Position numbers and translations under genes: made by a program. A stretch of 64,000 nucleotides of DNA, from IMG/VR virus record IMGVR_UViG_3300047409_000308, positions 1 to 64,000 of that record; one strand, given 5' to 3'. Position 1 is the first letter of the stretch. The number at the start of each line of letters is the position of its first letter. Origin of the DNA: a virus. Taxonomy: Duplodnaviria > Heunggongvirae > Uroviricota > Caudoviricetes. Below the pieces are notes generated by a model. That model searched no databases. It was not told the origin of the DNA and saw only the letters and a list, made by a program, of their open reading frames with translations. Shown here in pieces: positions 63,948-64,000 of this stretch.

Positions 63948-64000
63948 CTGTTGACCACCTCCGGCAGTTAATGCGAGCCTGGCCCGAACAGTAATCGCCC

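Noticed and set aside
1-64000. CRISPR arrays, reverse transcriptase/DGR/retron, group I/II intron cores
   Set aside because: No regularly spaced direct repeats, no RT motifs (YxDD) in any long ORF and no domain V-like group II sequence were found.

Overview
The window reads as a nearly complete, GC-rich tailed dsDNA phage or prophage genome (about 60% GC, probably a proteobacterial host). Two convergent transcription blocks make up almost all of it.

The plus-strand early block (2976..28095) starts from a strong sigma70-like promoter at 2084..2113 followed by an ~850-nt leader with no credible ORF. It holds about 60 genes, most of them small. Recognisable ones:
- a HExxH/Zn-ribbon metallopeptidase, a CobS/MoxR-like AAA+ ATPase with a ~245-aa N-terminal extension, and a CobT/VWA-like protein (7767..12728)
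- three tandem small paralogs, the middle copy broken by an in-frame TAA (13744..14560)
- a T7 gp4-like primase-helicase and a RusA-like resolvase, both on the opposite strand (14527..16735)
- an orphan Xre/MbcA/ParS (DUF2384)-like antitoxin domain (17360..17569)
- an SPFH/band-7 protein flanked by small membrane proteins (17579..19434)
- an ERF single-strand annealing protein, a PD-(D/E)xK nuclease and a small protein ending in an SSB-like 'DIPF' tail (19436..21423)
- a tyrosine integrase (25474..26343) and a Lar-like restriction-alleviation protein (26340..26708)
- several Zn-ribbon proteins

The minus-strand late block (64000 down to 28092) has a lambda-like head module: a GroES-like co-chaperonin, a scaffold-like protein, a D-like decoration protein and an E-like major capsid protein. 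It then carries beta-helix, tail-fibre and glycine-rich proteins, a cupin and a GNAT acetyltransferase sitting among virion genes, Gln/Gly-rich virion proteins and a 3390-aa multi-enzymatic giant protein. The giant protein has two HExxH motifs, a GHKL ATPase, a NUDIX box and a weak ART-like region. A T4-lysozyme-type endolysin with small membrane proteins closes the block.

Three freestanding HNH endonucleases are inserted: two in the late block (one on the opposite strand at 31881..32483) and one in the lysis region. The terminase small subunit lies at 81..1016 on the minus strand, so the late operon wraps across the window boundary (permuted or circular map). Noncoding repeats between TerS and the promoter (1180..1660) are candidate packaging or regulatory elements. 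No tRNA, tmRNA, CRISPR array, reverse transcriptase or tail tube, sheath or tape-measure gene was recognised.
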